The notes under the pieces are model-generated. The model made no database searches. It saw only the letters and a list, made by a program, of their open reading frames with translations, and had not been told where the DNA came from. A stretch of DNA of 64,000 nucleotides from Chiloscyllium plagiosum (lineage: Eukaryota): assembly GCF_004010195.1 (NCBI RefSeq), contig NC_057720.1:34837992-34901991 (forward strand). Reading direction: 5' to 3'. This document shows, piece by piece, positions 1 through 11,920 of the stretch. Within the stretch, counting starts at the first letter, position 1, and each line of letters opens with the position of its first letter. The translations under genes and the position numbers were made by a program.

Positions 1-381
1 TCCATCTGCCACTTCTCAGCCCATTGGCCCATCTGGTCCAGATCCTGATGTAATCTGAGGTAACCCTCCTTGCTGTCCACTACACCTCCAATTTTGATGT
101 CATCTGCAAACTTACTAACTGTACCTCTTATGCTCGCATCCAAATCATTTATGTAAATGAAAAAAGTAGAGGACCCAGCACCGATCCTTGTGGCATTCCA
201 CTGGTCACATGCCTCCAGTCTGAAAAACAACCCTCCACCACCACCCTCTGTCTTCTACCTTTGAGCCAGTTCTGTATCCAAATGGCTGATTCTCCCTGTA
301 TTCCATGAGATCTAACCTTGCTAATCAGTCTCCCATGGGGAACCTTGTCGAACGCCTTACTGAAGTCCAAATAGATCACAT
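1..381 (-). mobile_element. CR1 LINE (family A) reverse-transcriptase fragment, runs off window start
   Basis: ORF 149..379 has YLDFSKAFDKVPH and SGMPQGSVLGPLLF; downstream DNA encodes KFADD; near-identical to other family-A copies (e.g. 7900-8070, 32900-33290). Confidence 0.95.
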
Positions 382-384
382 TTA

Positions 385-1103
385 CTCTCTCTCAATCTGA
401 TAAGATTCGCATCCAACAGCATTTATGGCAGATATAATCTGCACTAACCCTTAAACTCTCTTAAACTCTCACATCTGACAAGAAGTACGTATCACTGCAA
501 AGGCTATTTTTGCTCCTTCTCAATCTACAGAATCCAACAGCATTTATGGCAGATATAATCTGCACTAACCCTTAAACTCTCTCATCTGACAAGAAGTACG
601 TATCACTGCAAAGGCTATTTTTGCTCCTTCTCAATCTACAGATCCAGAAAATAACACCGTCTTATTCCTCTACAAACAGCCTTTCTCTTGGACAGACTTA
701 AAACAACAATTAACTTATCTGATTCTGTGCTGTGAATTTCATCCAACAGTTCCTCCAAGATTAGTTGTGAATTTCACTGTTTGTTAATTTTCCCAGATGC
801 ACTCCCATGTCCAGTGATACACGAATTCAAACAGCAAAGGCGGTAACTGTGCTGGTTCTTTCTCTCTCTCTTTCTCTCTCTCTCCTGCATTGTTCTCACC
901 ATGTGCTTCCTTTGTCTGCTCTTCTCCCTTTTAATCTGCTGTTTGTTTTATTTTCCAAAGTTCCAAAACAATGCAACAGCATATAAAATAGTATTTGCTG
1001 CTCCTGGAATTCGAGGAAATCACCTCCAACACCTAAAATACTTCAAATAAAGGAGCAGCTCTTACAATCAGAAATTTTTTCCGTCCTCCATCTTGGATTA
1101 CCC
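385..1103 (-). mobile_element. Putative CR1 5' leader/UTR module starting GGGTAATCCAAGATGGAGGACGG, joined directly to the RT fragment
   Basis: Reverse complement of 800-1103 aligns with 26069-26385 and 42521-42725; all three copies abut family-A CR1 sequence. Confidence 0.6.
411..641. repeat. Two tandem copies of a ~110-120 bp unit
   Basis: atccaacagcatttatggcagatataatctgcac...ttctcaatctacag at 411-531 and again at 532-641. Confidence 0.95.
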
Positions 1104-1109
1104 ACATAA

Positions 1110-1404
1110 ATTTTCTTGTCTGAATGTGTGTGCAAGGGGTGTTTTGTAAGTGGATTAGAGTTTTAACTGGTATAGTCATATGTGAACAGTTTATAGTTGT
1201 TTACGAACCTAGAACTTTTTTATCTGTAGTAAATAATAATTCTTGTTATGCAAAGAGACCTGGTTCATGCTTTCTGCCAACCTGGATCTCACTGACAAGT
1301 AAATTGGGGAATCTTGGATACTTTGACCATGTCTTTAACGTTTGTGATGACTCTGAGAATAGTGGAGTTTGATTTCCAGAGGACTATCCCAGTGAGATGT
1401 GACA
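1110..1404 (+). mobile_element. Possible 3' part of a solo LTR
   Basis: AT-rich segment ending ...gtgaca between two CR1 pieces; recognised by style only. Confidence 0.3.
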
Positions 1405-1529
1405 ACACAGTCCAACACAATCAGACCATTTCTCGATTTTGTAAAGCTGGCCTTGCCCCAGTTTAGAACTTTCCAAATTGTTACTCCAGTTCTATCTTTC
1501 TTGCTTGCTTTAGTGATACAATAGTGAAT

Positions 1530-2250
1530 TTAGCAAGGCTAAATGGAATCTAGGAAGTAGGATAGATGACCTGAAATCATAAATAAGGATATGCTAGAAT
1601 ATGGTATCACAGCTATTGCTGATACTTGATGAAAGACAGGCAGAATTGACAGCTGAATTGGCATTCTCGTTCTAAGGTGTTTAGATGAGATAGAGGAGGG
1701 AAGAATAAAAGAGTAGGTGCTGCACTACTGATCAAGAAATCCCATAGCAGTGAGAAGCAATTATATCTTGGAAGGATTGTGAAATGAAATCATATGTGTT
1801 GAAGTAAAAATGTATAATGGGACATAACACCCCTCCCATTCCTCCAATGATCAAGGAGAGGTTGAGAATCAAATACATAATCAAATTTCAGAGAAGTGTA
1901 AGAATAATAAGGCTGTAATAATTATTAATTCCCAGATATGAACTGGGATATTTTAATGTGCAAGTTTGGGATGGAATAAAGTTCATACATTTTATCCAGG
2001 AAAACTGATTTAGGTCGAAAGCCTAGTAAGGGTGGGGGGAGGGGGTAGTTGGGGGTCTAGTTCTAGACCTAATACTCACAAATGAGCCAAGCAGGTGGAA
2101 GGCTTAACAGTGGAGGGACATTCTGGAGATAGTCATCATCTCAGTTAGATTTAGGATAATTATGGAAAAGGATAAGCATTGGCCAGCAATAACAGTTCAA
2201 AGCTGAAGAAAAGCTAATTTTATTAAGATATGATTTGGCCCAATTGCACT
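1530..2250 (+). mobile_element. Highly degraded CR1 APE-endonuclease region
   Basis: Colinear similarity to 19289-19940 (AITET-like, FPDMNW, LDLIL, HFGDS-like remnants). Confidence 0.65.
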
Positions 2251-2257
2251 GCAAGGG

Positions 2258-2500
2258 TTGGCAATGGCGTAGTGGTATTACCGCTAGATTGTTAATTCAG
2301 AGACCCAGGTAATGTTCTGGGGACTTGGGTTTGAAACCTGCCATAGCTGGGGGTGGAATTTGAATTCAATAAATATCTAGAATTAAGCAATCTAATGATG
2401 TCCATAAACCAATCTGTTTCACTAATGTCCTTTAGGAAAGGAAGCTGCTGGTCTGGCCTATATGTGACTCCAGACCCACAGAAATGTAGTTGACACTTAT
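2258..2500 (+). mobile_element. tRNA-headed SINE (non-HE1 family), degraded
   Basis: A-box-like tggcgtagtgg and B-box-like gggtttgaaacc followed by a SINE-type body. Confidence 0.6.
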
Positions 2501-2532
2501 CTATTTTTTATTTATTGCCCATCCCTGAGTTA

Positions 2533-4018
2533 AGTCTATGGACTGGATGGAATGTATCCTAGAATTCTCCGTGAAGCCAGGGAGGAGATTGCTGAGCCTT
2601 TGGCTTTGATCTTTACGTTGTCATTGTCCACAGGAATAGTGCCAGAAAACTAGAGGATAACAAATATTGTTCCCTTCTTCAAGAAGGGGAGTAGAGACAA
2701 CCTTGGAAATTATAGACCAGTGAGCCTTACTTCGGTTGTGGATAAAGCGTTGGAAAGGGTATAAGAGATAGGATTTATAATCATCTGGAAAGGAATAAGT
2801 TGATTAGGGATAGTCAACATGGTTTTGTGAAGGATAGGTTGTGCTTTATAAACCTTATTGAGTTCTTTGAAAAAGTAACCAAACAGGTAGATGAGGGTAA
2901 AGTGGTTGATGTGGTATATATTAATTTCAGTAAGGCATTTGATAAGGTTCCCCATGGTAGACTACTGTACAAAATACAAGTCTTGGGATTGAGGGTGATT
3001 TCATGACTTGGTTCAGAAATTGGCTAGCTGAAAGAAGACAGAGGATGGTGGATTTCGGTTACTAGTGGCGCACTGCAAGGATCTATTTTGGGTTCACTGT
3101 TGTCTGTCATTTTTATAAAGGACCTGGATGAGGGCATAGATGGATGGGTTAGTAAATTTGCGGATGACACTAAGATCGGTAGGGTTGTGGATAGTGACGA
3201 TGGATGATGTAGGTTACAGAGGGAAATAGATAAGCTGCAGAGCTGGGCTGAGAAGTGGCAAATGGATTTTAAAGTGGAAAAGTGTGAGGTGATTCACTTT
3301 GGAAGGAGTAACAGGAATGCAGAGGACTGGGCTAATGGTAAGATTCTTGGTAGCGTAGATGAGCAGAGAGATCTCTGTATCCATGTAGATAGCTCCCTGG
3401 AAGTTGCCACTCAGGTTGATAGGGTTGTTAAGAAGGCAGAAGGTGTGTTAGCTTTCATTGGTGGAGAGATTGAATTTCACAGCTACGAGGCTATGGTGCA
3501 GCTGTACAAAACTGTGGTGCGGCCACACTTGGAGTATTGTGTACAGTTCTGGTCACCACATTATACGAAGGAAGCTTTGGAAAGGGTTCAGTGGAGATTT
3601 ACTAGGATGTTGCCGGGTATGGAGGGAAGGTCTTATGAGGAAAGGTTGAGGGACCTAAGGCTTTTATCGTTAGAGAGAAGGTTGGGAGGTGACTTAATTG
3701 AGACATATAAGATAATCAGGGGGTTAGATAGGGTGGACAGTGAGAGCCTTTTTCCTTGGATTACAATGGCTAACCCAAGGGGACATAGCTCTAAATTGAG
3801 GGATGATAGATATAGGACAGATGCCAGAGGTCGATTCTTTACTCAGAGAGTAGTAGGGTCTGCAACAGTAGTAGACTCGCCAACTTTAATGGCATTTAAA
3901 TGGTCATTGGATAAACATATGGATGAAAATGGAATAGTATAGGATAGATAGGCTTCAGACTGGTTCCACAGGTTGGCATAACATCGAGGGAAGAAGGGCG
4001 TTGTAATGTTCTATGTTC
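2533..4018 (+). mobile_element. CR1 LINE (family B) RT and 3' end
   Basis: ORFs 2800..3006 (SQHGF, FSKAFDKVPH) and 3262..3942 (KCEVIHFG, RPHLEYCVQFWSP, LGGDLIETYKI); tail aatgttctatgttc. Confidence 0.95.
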
Positions 4019-4650
4019 AATTTTGGGGCCCGCACCTCAGGAAAGACATACTGGCACTGGAGTGTGTCCAGCGGAGATTCACACGGATGATCCCTGGAAT
4101 GGTAGGCCTAATATACGACGAATGGCTGAAGATCTTGGGATTGTATTCATTAGAGTTTAGAAGGTTGAGGGGAGATCTAATAGAAATTTACACAATAATG
4201 CATGGCACTGGGAAGTTGTTTCCATTAGGCAGGGAGACTAAGACCTGTGGGCATAGCCTTAGAGTTAGAGGGATTCCTGAAGAAGGGCTCATGCATGAAA
4301 CGTTGATTCTTCTGCTCCTTGGATGCTGCCTGACCTGCTGAGCTTTTCCAGCAACACATTTTCAGCCCTGATCTCCAGTATCTGTAGTCCTCACTTTCTC
4401 TTAGAGTTAGACGGGGTCAATTTAGAATGGATATGAGAAGACATTTCTTCAGCCAGAGAGTGGTGGGCCTGTAGAATTGACAGATAGTTGCTGAGAAGGT
4501 GTTTTCTCTCATGAGGTAATTTAGAATTAGGGGCACAATTCAAAATTAAAATCACTCTCAGTTAAGATAAAGAAAAGGGGGAATTTCTCTTAGACGTTAC
4601 TTCTGTAGGGACCCGTTGGAGGCTGATCATTGAATATACTCAATGCTGAT
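4019..4650 (+). mobile_element. CR1 3' fragments interrupted by a hammerhead module
   Basis: ORF 4006..4341 QFWGPHLRKDILALECVQRRFTRMIPG. Confidence 0.85.
4270..4399 (+). mobile_element. PLE-derived hammerhead module (subfamily 1), single arm
   Basis: ctgaagaagggctcatgcatgaaacgtt core; 12-bp TSD cttagagttaga at 4258-4269 and 4400-4411. Confidence 0.85.
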
Positions 4651-5699
4651 TTTTGATCTACAAGGAAAATACATATATGAGTATAGTGGAGGCTTGTCCA
4701 CATCTGTGACATGCAAGATTCTTCTATGGTGTTCAAAGTTTCAAAGAAAAAGAGATCTGGTGAAGGCACTCACTGACAACTTAGACACTAATCAGCTTTT
4801 GCATTTTACAATGTAATAGACAAGTTGAGAAAAAAATAGTTGCTTGGAAGTGATTGTGGGGCGGAAGTATAATTGTGGGGGTGGGGGTTTGGGGGGTGAT
4901 TCAGGTGATTCCATTCCTCTCCACAGCAGCCATGTGAACCTCTTTTGTATATTGCAGTTTATAATCTGCCCCAGGTGTATATTGCTCTTTTTAAGAACCA
5001 TCTGATCCCATGATTAAACATTTAGGTAACAATCACTCTCAGATTTCAATTATTGTGTTTGTAAACAGGCTGAATAATTAGGCGACAAAATAATCCATTT
5101 CAATCACTTGAATATGAAAAAAAACCACTTGAGGTTAAAGAACTGGGATGTTTCCAACATTGAAAAAGGAGAAAATCAATAAAAATGCAATTTATGGTAG
5201 CATGCCATTAATTATCAATGGAGCTATTATTTAGGAATTAATGTTCATGATTTAAAATCTCAAAGTGTAATTTGCCATGGACTTAAACGATCATACTTAT
5301 CTTAAAGGTTTCAAAACTTACATTTCATTCATTCATTCATTCAGTAAATGCAAACATGATAGGAAATTGAATGTGCGGCATCATGACACAAATGTTTCAA
5401 TGGACAGACAGTCATTAATCCAGCAGAAATGGAAGGTGTGCATGGGGACCCCATGGAATCACCAATATCGCTCAACTTGGAGGTATTGACAGATAAACTG
5501 AAGATTCTGCTGGTCAATCCTCTATGCCTGGAATCCTCCAAAAGTCTCCATTTAAATCAGAGACTTTGGAGGGTGCTGGCAAAACTAAGTAAAATAGTAC
5601 TCAGGAAGAGTTAGGCTTCTAAATGCATGGTCTGACCCATAAATAACTATTTAACATCCATGTCTCTCATTATCTCACACATATCCAACTATGGCCTCT

Positions 5700-6170
5700 C
5701 CAGAATGCTAATGTCTGTACTTGCATCATCCTTTTTCATTGTGGAGTCTGACACAAAACATTCATTAAGGTCTGTGCCCAGGTCTTTCCCAGATTTCCTC
5801 AAAAGTTCCTAATAGGCCCTGCTCTTTGCCAAGTAATTCTGTTACTTTTTATGTTCATTTTAAAAAAGCCTTTGGGTTTTACCTTATTCTACTTGTCAAT
5901 GTTTTCATCTGCATTCTCTAAGCTTTCCTAATCTTCTTTTTAAGTTCCTCCCTGCAATTTTTATATTTCTCCAGGTCTCTGCTGTATTGAATCTTGGGGT
6001 ATCTGCCATATTCTTCTCTTTTTCTCTTAATCCTAGAATTTGGGATTATGTCCCTTGACATCCAGCATTCTTTGGTCCTAGTTCCACTCTTTGCCTTTGT
6101 GGGGGCACATTTGTTCTGCACTTTCACTATTTCCTCCTTGAATGCCTTCTACTGCTCTGAAACAGTTTTA
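5700..6170 (-). mobile_element. Degraded CR1 EN-RT linker region
   Basis: ORF 5918..6127 (WMSRDI...KNCREELKKKIRKA) resembles 21066..21611. Confidence 0.7.
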
Positions 6171-6225
6171 TCGACATGTTTTATTCATTCACAGAATGAG
6201 GGTGCCACTTGGTGGGCCAGCACTT

Positions 6226-7030
6226 AGAACCATAGAACATTACAACGCAGTACAGGCCCTTCAGCTCTCGATTTTGCACAAACAAATGAAACCAATCTGA
6301 AGCCCATCTAACCTAACTATTCCATTCACTATTCCTATCCAATGGTCATTTAAATGCCCTTAAAGTTTGCGAGTCTACTACTGTTGCAGGCAGTGTGTTC
6401 CATGCCTCCACTACTCTGAGTAACGAACCTACCTCTGACATCTGTCCTATATCTATCACCCTTCAATTTAAAGCTATGTCCCCTCATGTTAGCCATCACT
6501 GTCCAAGGGAAAAGGCTCTCATTGTCCACCATATCTAACCCTCTGATTATCTTATATGTCTCAATTAAATCAGCTCTCAACCTTCTTCTCTTGAATGAAA
6601 ACAACCTCAAGTCCCTCAGCCTTAACCTAAAACATCCTTCAGTACTATCCACAACTCACCGACCTTAGTGTCATCCACAAATTTACTTCTACGCCCTCAT
6701 CTAGGTCATTTGTAAAAATGACAAAGAGCAGTGGCACCAAAACAGATCCTTGTGGTACAACACTAGTAACTGAACTCCGGGATGACTATTTCCCATCAAC
6801 CACCGCCCTCTGTCTTCTTTCAGCTAGGCAATTTCTGATCCAAACCACTAAATCACCCTCAAATCCATGCCTCTGTATTTTGTGCAATAGCCTACCATGG
6901 GGAACCTTATCAAACACCTTACTGAAATCCATATACACCACATCAACCTTTTTATGCTCATCCAGCTGTTTAGTCACTTTCTCAAAGAACTCAATAATGT
7001 TTGTGAGGCACGACCGATTCTTCACATTGG
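6226..7030 (-). mobile_element. CR1 family B 3' end and RT with internal deletion
   Basis: ORFs 6350..6652 and 6786..7025 (SCLTNIIEFF, MDFSKVFDKVPH); tail tagaaccatagaac. Confidence 0.93.
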
Positions 7031-7097
7031 GACCTTGAAGGATTCAAAGCCAATCCTGTTAATTCATCCATAATCTCAGGTTTGCCTCAGGTGATCT

Positions 7098-8118
7098 TAG
7101 AGTCATAGAGATTACAGCATGGAAACAGACCCTTCGGTCCAACTCGTCCATGCCGACCAGATATCCCAACCCAATTTATTCCCACCTGCCAGCATCCAGC
7201 CCATATCTCTCCAAACCCTTCCTATTCATATACCCATCCAAATGCCTCTTCAATGTTGCAATTGTACCAGCCTCTACCACTTCCTCTGGCAGCTCATTCC
7301 ATACACGTACCACCCTCAGCGTGAAAAAATTGTCCCTTAGGTTTCTTTTATATCTTTCCCCTCTAACCCTAAACCTATGCCCTCTAGTTCTGGACTCCCC
7401 GACCCCAGGGAAAAGTCTGCCTATTTACCCTCCCTATCCATGCCCCTCATAATTTTGTAAACCTCTATAAGGTCACCCCTCAGCCTCTGACGCTCCAGGG
7501 AAAACAGCCCCAGCCTGTTCAGCCTCTCCCTGTAGCTCAAATCCTCCAACCTTGGCAACATCCTTGTAAATCTTTTCTGAACCCTTTCAGGTTTCACAAT
7601 AGGATAGGAAGGAAACCAGATTTGCATGCAATATTCCAACAGTGGCCTAACCAATGTCATGTACAGTCGCAACATGACCTCCCAACTCCTGTAGTCAATA
7701 CTCTGACTAATAAAGGAAAGCATACCAAACGCCCTCTTCACTATCCTATCTACCTGCGACTCCACTTTCAAGGAGCTATGAACCTGCACTCCAAGGTCTC
7801 TTTGTTCAGCAACACTCCCTTGGACCTTACCATTAAGTGTATAAGTCCTGCTAAGATTTGCTTTCCCAAAATGCAGCGCCTTGCATTTATCTGAATTAAA
7901 CTCCATCTGCCACCTCTCAGCCCATTGGCTCATCTGGTCCAGATCCTGTTGTAATCTGAGGTAACCCTCTTCGCTGTCCACTACACCTCCAATTTTGGTG
8001 TCATCTGCAAACTTACTAACTGTACCTCTTATGCTCGCATCCAAATCATTTATGTAAATGACAAAAGTAGAGCACCCAGCACTGATCCTCCAGTCTGAAA
8101 AACAACCCTCCACCACCA
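7098..8118 (-). mobile_element. CR1 family A RT C-terminus and 3' end
   Basis: ORF 7421..8119 with KFADDTK, RPLLEYC, LRGDLIEVYKI; tail agagtcatagag. Confidence 0.95.
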
Positions 8119-8308
8119 TTAGAATTAGAATCTCTAAAATGTGGAAACAGGCCCATCAGCCCAACCAGTCCACACCAACCCTCTGAAGAGTAACCCAGAC
8201 AGACCCATTCCCCTACCCTATATTTGCCCCTGACTAATGCACCTAAGCTACAAATCCCGATGGGCAATTTAGCATGGTCAATTTATCTAACCTGCACATC
8301 TTTGGATC
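8119..8308 (-). mobile_element. HE1-like V-SINE 3' fragment
   Basis: Matches the 3' half of SINE copies at 24108 and 14892. Confidence 0.85.
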
Positions 8309-8344
8309 TGACTAAATCCCATGGAACTGACGTATTTAATAGGG

Positions 8345-8524
8345 CGAACGTGAGGACTGCAGATGCTGGAGATTAGAGTCGAGAGTGTGGTGCTGGAAAA
8401 CATAGCTGGTCAGGCAGCATCCAAGAAGCAAGAAAATCAACATTTTGGGCAAAAGCCCTATGGTTCAAGCTTTTGCCTGAAACGTTGATTTTCCTGCTCC
8501 TCAAATGCTGCCTAACCTGCTGTG
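8345..8524. mobile_element. Fold-back hammerhead module (subfamily 1)
   Basis: Imperfect inverted arms ~8402-8457 and ~8469-8524, each with part of the gggcttttgcccgaaacgt core. Confidence 0.85.
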
Positions 8525-8879
8525 TTGATCTACTTAATGGTAACCTGCTCTTTAAAAACAAAGTCAATTTTAATTCATCTCCCTGCAAAATGCTATCTAA
8601 CTCTCAGTACAATCAGTGGGATCGCAGCTTTCAATTTTTTGCATTAAACTACCTGAGAACATCGACACAGAGAACTGTGCCCACTAAACAGCTTCCAATT
8701 ACAGAAATATATGTCCCAAAGAAATCTTCTGAGAATATTGTTACATAACCAATACGCCCCACTCCTTCTTTCCTCTTTTCCTGTGAGGATCTACACTGGG
8801 ATATTCTACACTTTGAACTTGTTCTGCCCTTAATGCTGATTGAGCTGCCTCACCCACAAATCTCTAAATAACAGAGCCC

Positions 8880-9130
8880 AGCAAAAATTTGTCCATCTCT
8901 GAGCTAAAATTATTGACTGAGAATTTTGTCAGTGAGACGTCTATAACTCCTGTCACCCTGTGTCTTTAGAACTCTTTCTCAAATTCTCAACTGGAATGGC
9001 CTGACGTAATTCTAAGATTATGTCCCCTTGTCTGCAACTACCCAAACCCCCAGGACAAAAATGTTTCTAGTCACATACCCAATCACCTTTCACAGAAACT
9101 CAATTAAATAAGCCTTACCTTTGGGATTCT
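8880..9130 (-). mobile_element. Degraded CR1 3' fragment
   Basis: ctaagattatgtccccttgt is the reverse complement of a TRGHNL motif. Confidence 0.5.
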
Positions 9131-9246
9131 AGCAAATATTAAACAGTTTATGCCCCCTAATCCAACATTTGGGGGCCTGTGATAATGGCATGCTAATGAT
9201 ACAATTAAGATACACATGAAGGGCATTGCTTAATTTTAACTTTGTG

Positions 9247-9473
9247 CTCTTGTGGTGCAGTGTTAGTGTTTCTACTTCCAAGCCAGGCGATCTGGGTTCA
9301 AATCCCAGTTGGCCCAGAGGTGTGCCACAATATCTCCAATCAGGGATGATTAATACAGCTACTCTTATGAAATAGAGGTAGCACAGCGGTAGTGCTCCTA
9401 CTTTGGGGCTAGGAGTGTTCAAGCCCGACTTGCCACAAAGGTGTGCCATCACAGGTCTGAATAGTTTAATTAA
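9247..9473 (+). mobile_element. Two adjacent short tRNA-derived SINE copies
   Basis: tggtgcagtgttag...gggttcaaatccc...ggtgtgccac (9247-9353) and ggtagcacagcggtag...gttcaagccc...ggtgtgccatc (9377-9473). Confidence 0.6.
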
Positions 9474-9954
9474 GAATATGTGAAACAACTGTAAATAGAG
9501 ACTAGCAGAGGCAATGGCGACCTGGTAGGTTTGCTTACAGCTAAAGTAATGTGTACAGTGCAGGTGAATCTCCAGACGCATCCTTTGCCTTGGGTGCTAC
9601 ATTGCAGAGATCCAGCGTCCTGTGATAACATCTAAGTACTTGAATCATTTACATGTCGAGGTCTCAAACCGACATTGTTCCAAAATGCAAGCATGACAAA
9701 TACCATCCTTCATTTCTTTCGTTAGTTACAGATTGGGCATTCTTCTTGTAGATTCTACAATCTTGTGAAGGCCAAACCAAAGAAAGATACTGGATTTTCT
9801 TCCCTTAAGGACATTAGTTTCTCAGATGGGTTTTCTCTGGATTTATGTTCATTATTAATTAAACTCACAGTTTATTTCAGACTTATTAATTGTGTTTCAA
9901 ATCCCCAGATGTTTGCAATTTTTGAGAAGGTTTGAAGCTCTTTCTTTTTCACAA

Positions 9955-10890
9955 AAAAGGAGGAGAACAACAACAGATTCCCCTTCATAGATGTCTCAGT
10001 GGAATGAACAGTCAGTGGAGAACTGCAGACCAACGTTTACAGGAAAGCAACACACACAGACCAGATAATTAACTACAGAAGCAATCATCCCAACACCCAC
10101 AAATGGAGCTGCATCAGGACATTATTTAAATGGGCCACAACACACTGCAAAACTCAGGAACTACAAGCAGCAGAAGAAAAATATTTATACAGTGTTTTCA
10201 AGAACAACAGGTACCCTATAAACAGAATCCACCAATTCTTAAAAAACAAATCCAAACAAGTAGACACAACATGCCCAGAAACCCTACCCACACTACCAGA
10301 CATCAAAGACATCTTCGAGATGACTACCAGACTACTCTGTACACTTGGCATCATGGTAGCCCACAAACCACCAACACACTTAAACAGCTACTGATTAAAC
10401 TAAAGGACCTTTATGCCAACAACCAGCAAAACTAATGTCATTTACGAAATACCCTGCAAAGACTGCAACGAACACTACATCAGACATACAGGCAGAAAAT
10501 TAGCCACCAGCATTCACGAACACCAACTTGCCACCAAAATACATGACCCACTATCACTAGTATCCTTACGTACAGATGAAGAAGGACACCACCTTGACTG
10601 GGTCAACATATCCATCCGAAGACAGGCTAAACAGAAACACGCATGGAAATTCCTAGAGGCCTGGCATTCAAACCAGAACTCCATCAATAAACACATTGAA
10701 TTGGACCCAATTTACCAACTTCTGAGAAAAAGAACCGGAAATGATATCATCCACCGTAACAGACCAACACACACAAATAGAAAGCAGGACAGAGCACCGT
10801 GGCTTCACCAGAGGCTCACTGATGATGTTAACCAGCATGGTGACAAAACGTCTGAAAACAAACCTTGCAGCTCAGCCAGCAAATTTACAA
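9955..10890 (+). mobile_element. Penelope-like element (Penelope/Poseidon type): RT thumb, GIY-YIG endonuclease and 3' end
   Basis: FPFIDV...VYRKATHTDQIINYRSNHP from ~9978; ORF 10413..10970 NVIYEIPCKDCNEHYIRHTGRKL...HEH...LEAWHS. Confidence 0.92.
10816..10855 (+). ncRNA. Minimal hammerhead ribozyme motif at PLE 3' end (G12->A)
   Basis: tca-CTGATGA-t-gttaacca/gca/tggtgac-AAAAC-GTC-tga. Confidence 0.65.
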
Positions 10891-11360
10891 ATTCCCCAGA
10901 TGTCTGTGAAGTGTGTGTTCCAATCTCTGGATTATTATATAGGTGGAAACCTTTAGAGAATGGCGGTTGACTGCAAGTGTATTGGAATAATGTACCTGAA
11001 GGTAACAAAATGAGCTCTGAGAGTTTTGTCAAAGTGTAGACTGAGGCAGGGTCTGAAGGAGGTAAAGTTACAGAAGTGCAAGTAGAAGTTCATTGTAGTG
11101 GAGAAGATGAAGGCTGGGCAGTTTAGCTTCAAGACAAAAGACCATAATCCAAGCAGCTTTATGCTCAGTGTTATTAATGTTATGAACAGTCGGCTTCATC
11201 TTTAGACAATCTCCAAGAAAAGGAAATGAAATTGGTGGTGAGCAAGGAGGTTTGACAGTAGTCAAAGCTGGTAGCTGTTCTAATGTAAAAAAACAGTTAG
11301 TGAAGGATTGAAGGGAAACATGACTTTTATGGGCATGTCACCTTTAAAGACACTGAAGAA

Positions 11361-11445
11361 GTTCTGAAGAAGGGTTACTGGACTCAAAATGTTAACTAAG
11401 ATGCTGTCAGATCTGTTGAGTATTTCCAACAATTTCTGTTTTTGT
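11361..11445 (+). mobile_element. Hammerhead module (subfamily 2), degenerate
   Basis: gttctgaagaagggttactggactcaaaatgttaac...aatttctgtttttg. Confidence 0.75.
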
Positions 11446-11595
11446 CATTATTTCAGTCTGTTCCAATAAGAAAAAGTGAATCACCAGTTAATGCCCTTCA
11501 CTCTGATTACATTTAAACATACTGTCATTATATGATTAACGTTAAAAATCACACATCATCAGTTTATTGCCCAACATGTTTACTTGGAAGTACAA

Positions 11596-11920
11596 GGGGC
11601 GATATGTTGGCTTAGTGGTTAGCACTGCAGCCTCACAGCACCAGGGACCAGGTTCGTTTCCTGCCTTGGGTGACTGTCTGTGTGGAGCTCGCACATTTTG
11701 CCCATGTCGGTGTGGGTTTCCTCCAGGTGCTTCAGTTTCCTCCCACAATCCAAAAGATGTGCAGATCAGGTGAATTGGCCATGCTAAATTGCCTATAGTG
11801 TTAGTTGCATTTGTCAAGGATAAATGTAGGGGAATGGGTCTGGGTGGGTTACTCTTTGGAGGGTCAGAGTAGACTTGTAGAGCCAAAGGGCCTGTTTTGA
11901 TACTGCAGTTAATCTAATCT
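11596..11920 (+). mobile_element. HE1-like V-SINE
   Basis: tRNA head (tggcttagtggttag; ggttcgtttcc), V core tgtgtggag...gggtttcctcc, aatct tail. Confidence 0.92.

Noticed and set aside
411..641. Direct repeats as a CRISPR-like array
   Set aside because: Two adjacent long units with no unique spacers, in eukaryotic retroelement context.
3262..3942. Long ORFs of 150-230 aa (also 7421..8119, 21544..22056, 22310..22909) as host genes
   Set aside because: All are CR1 ORF2 fragments bounded by stops and frameshifts; none is an intact or evidently domesticated gene.
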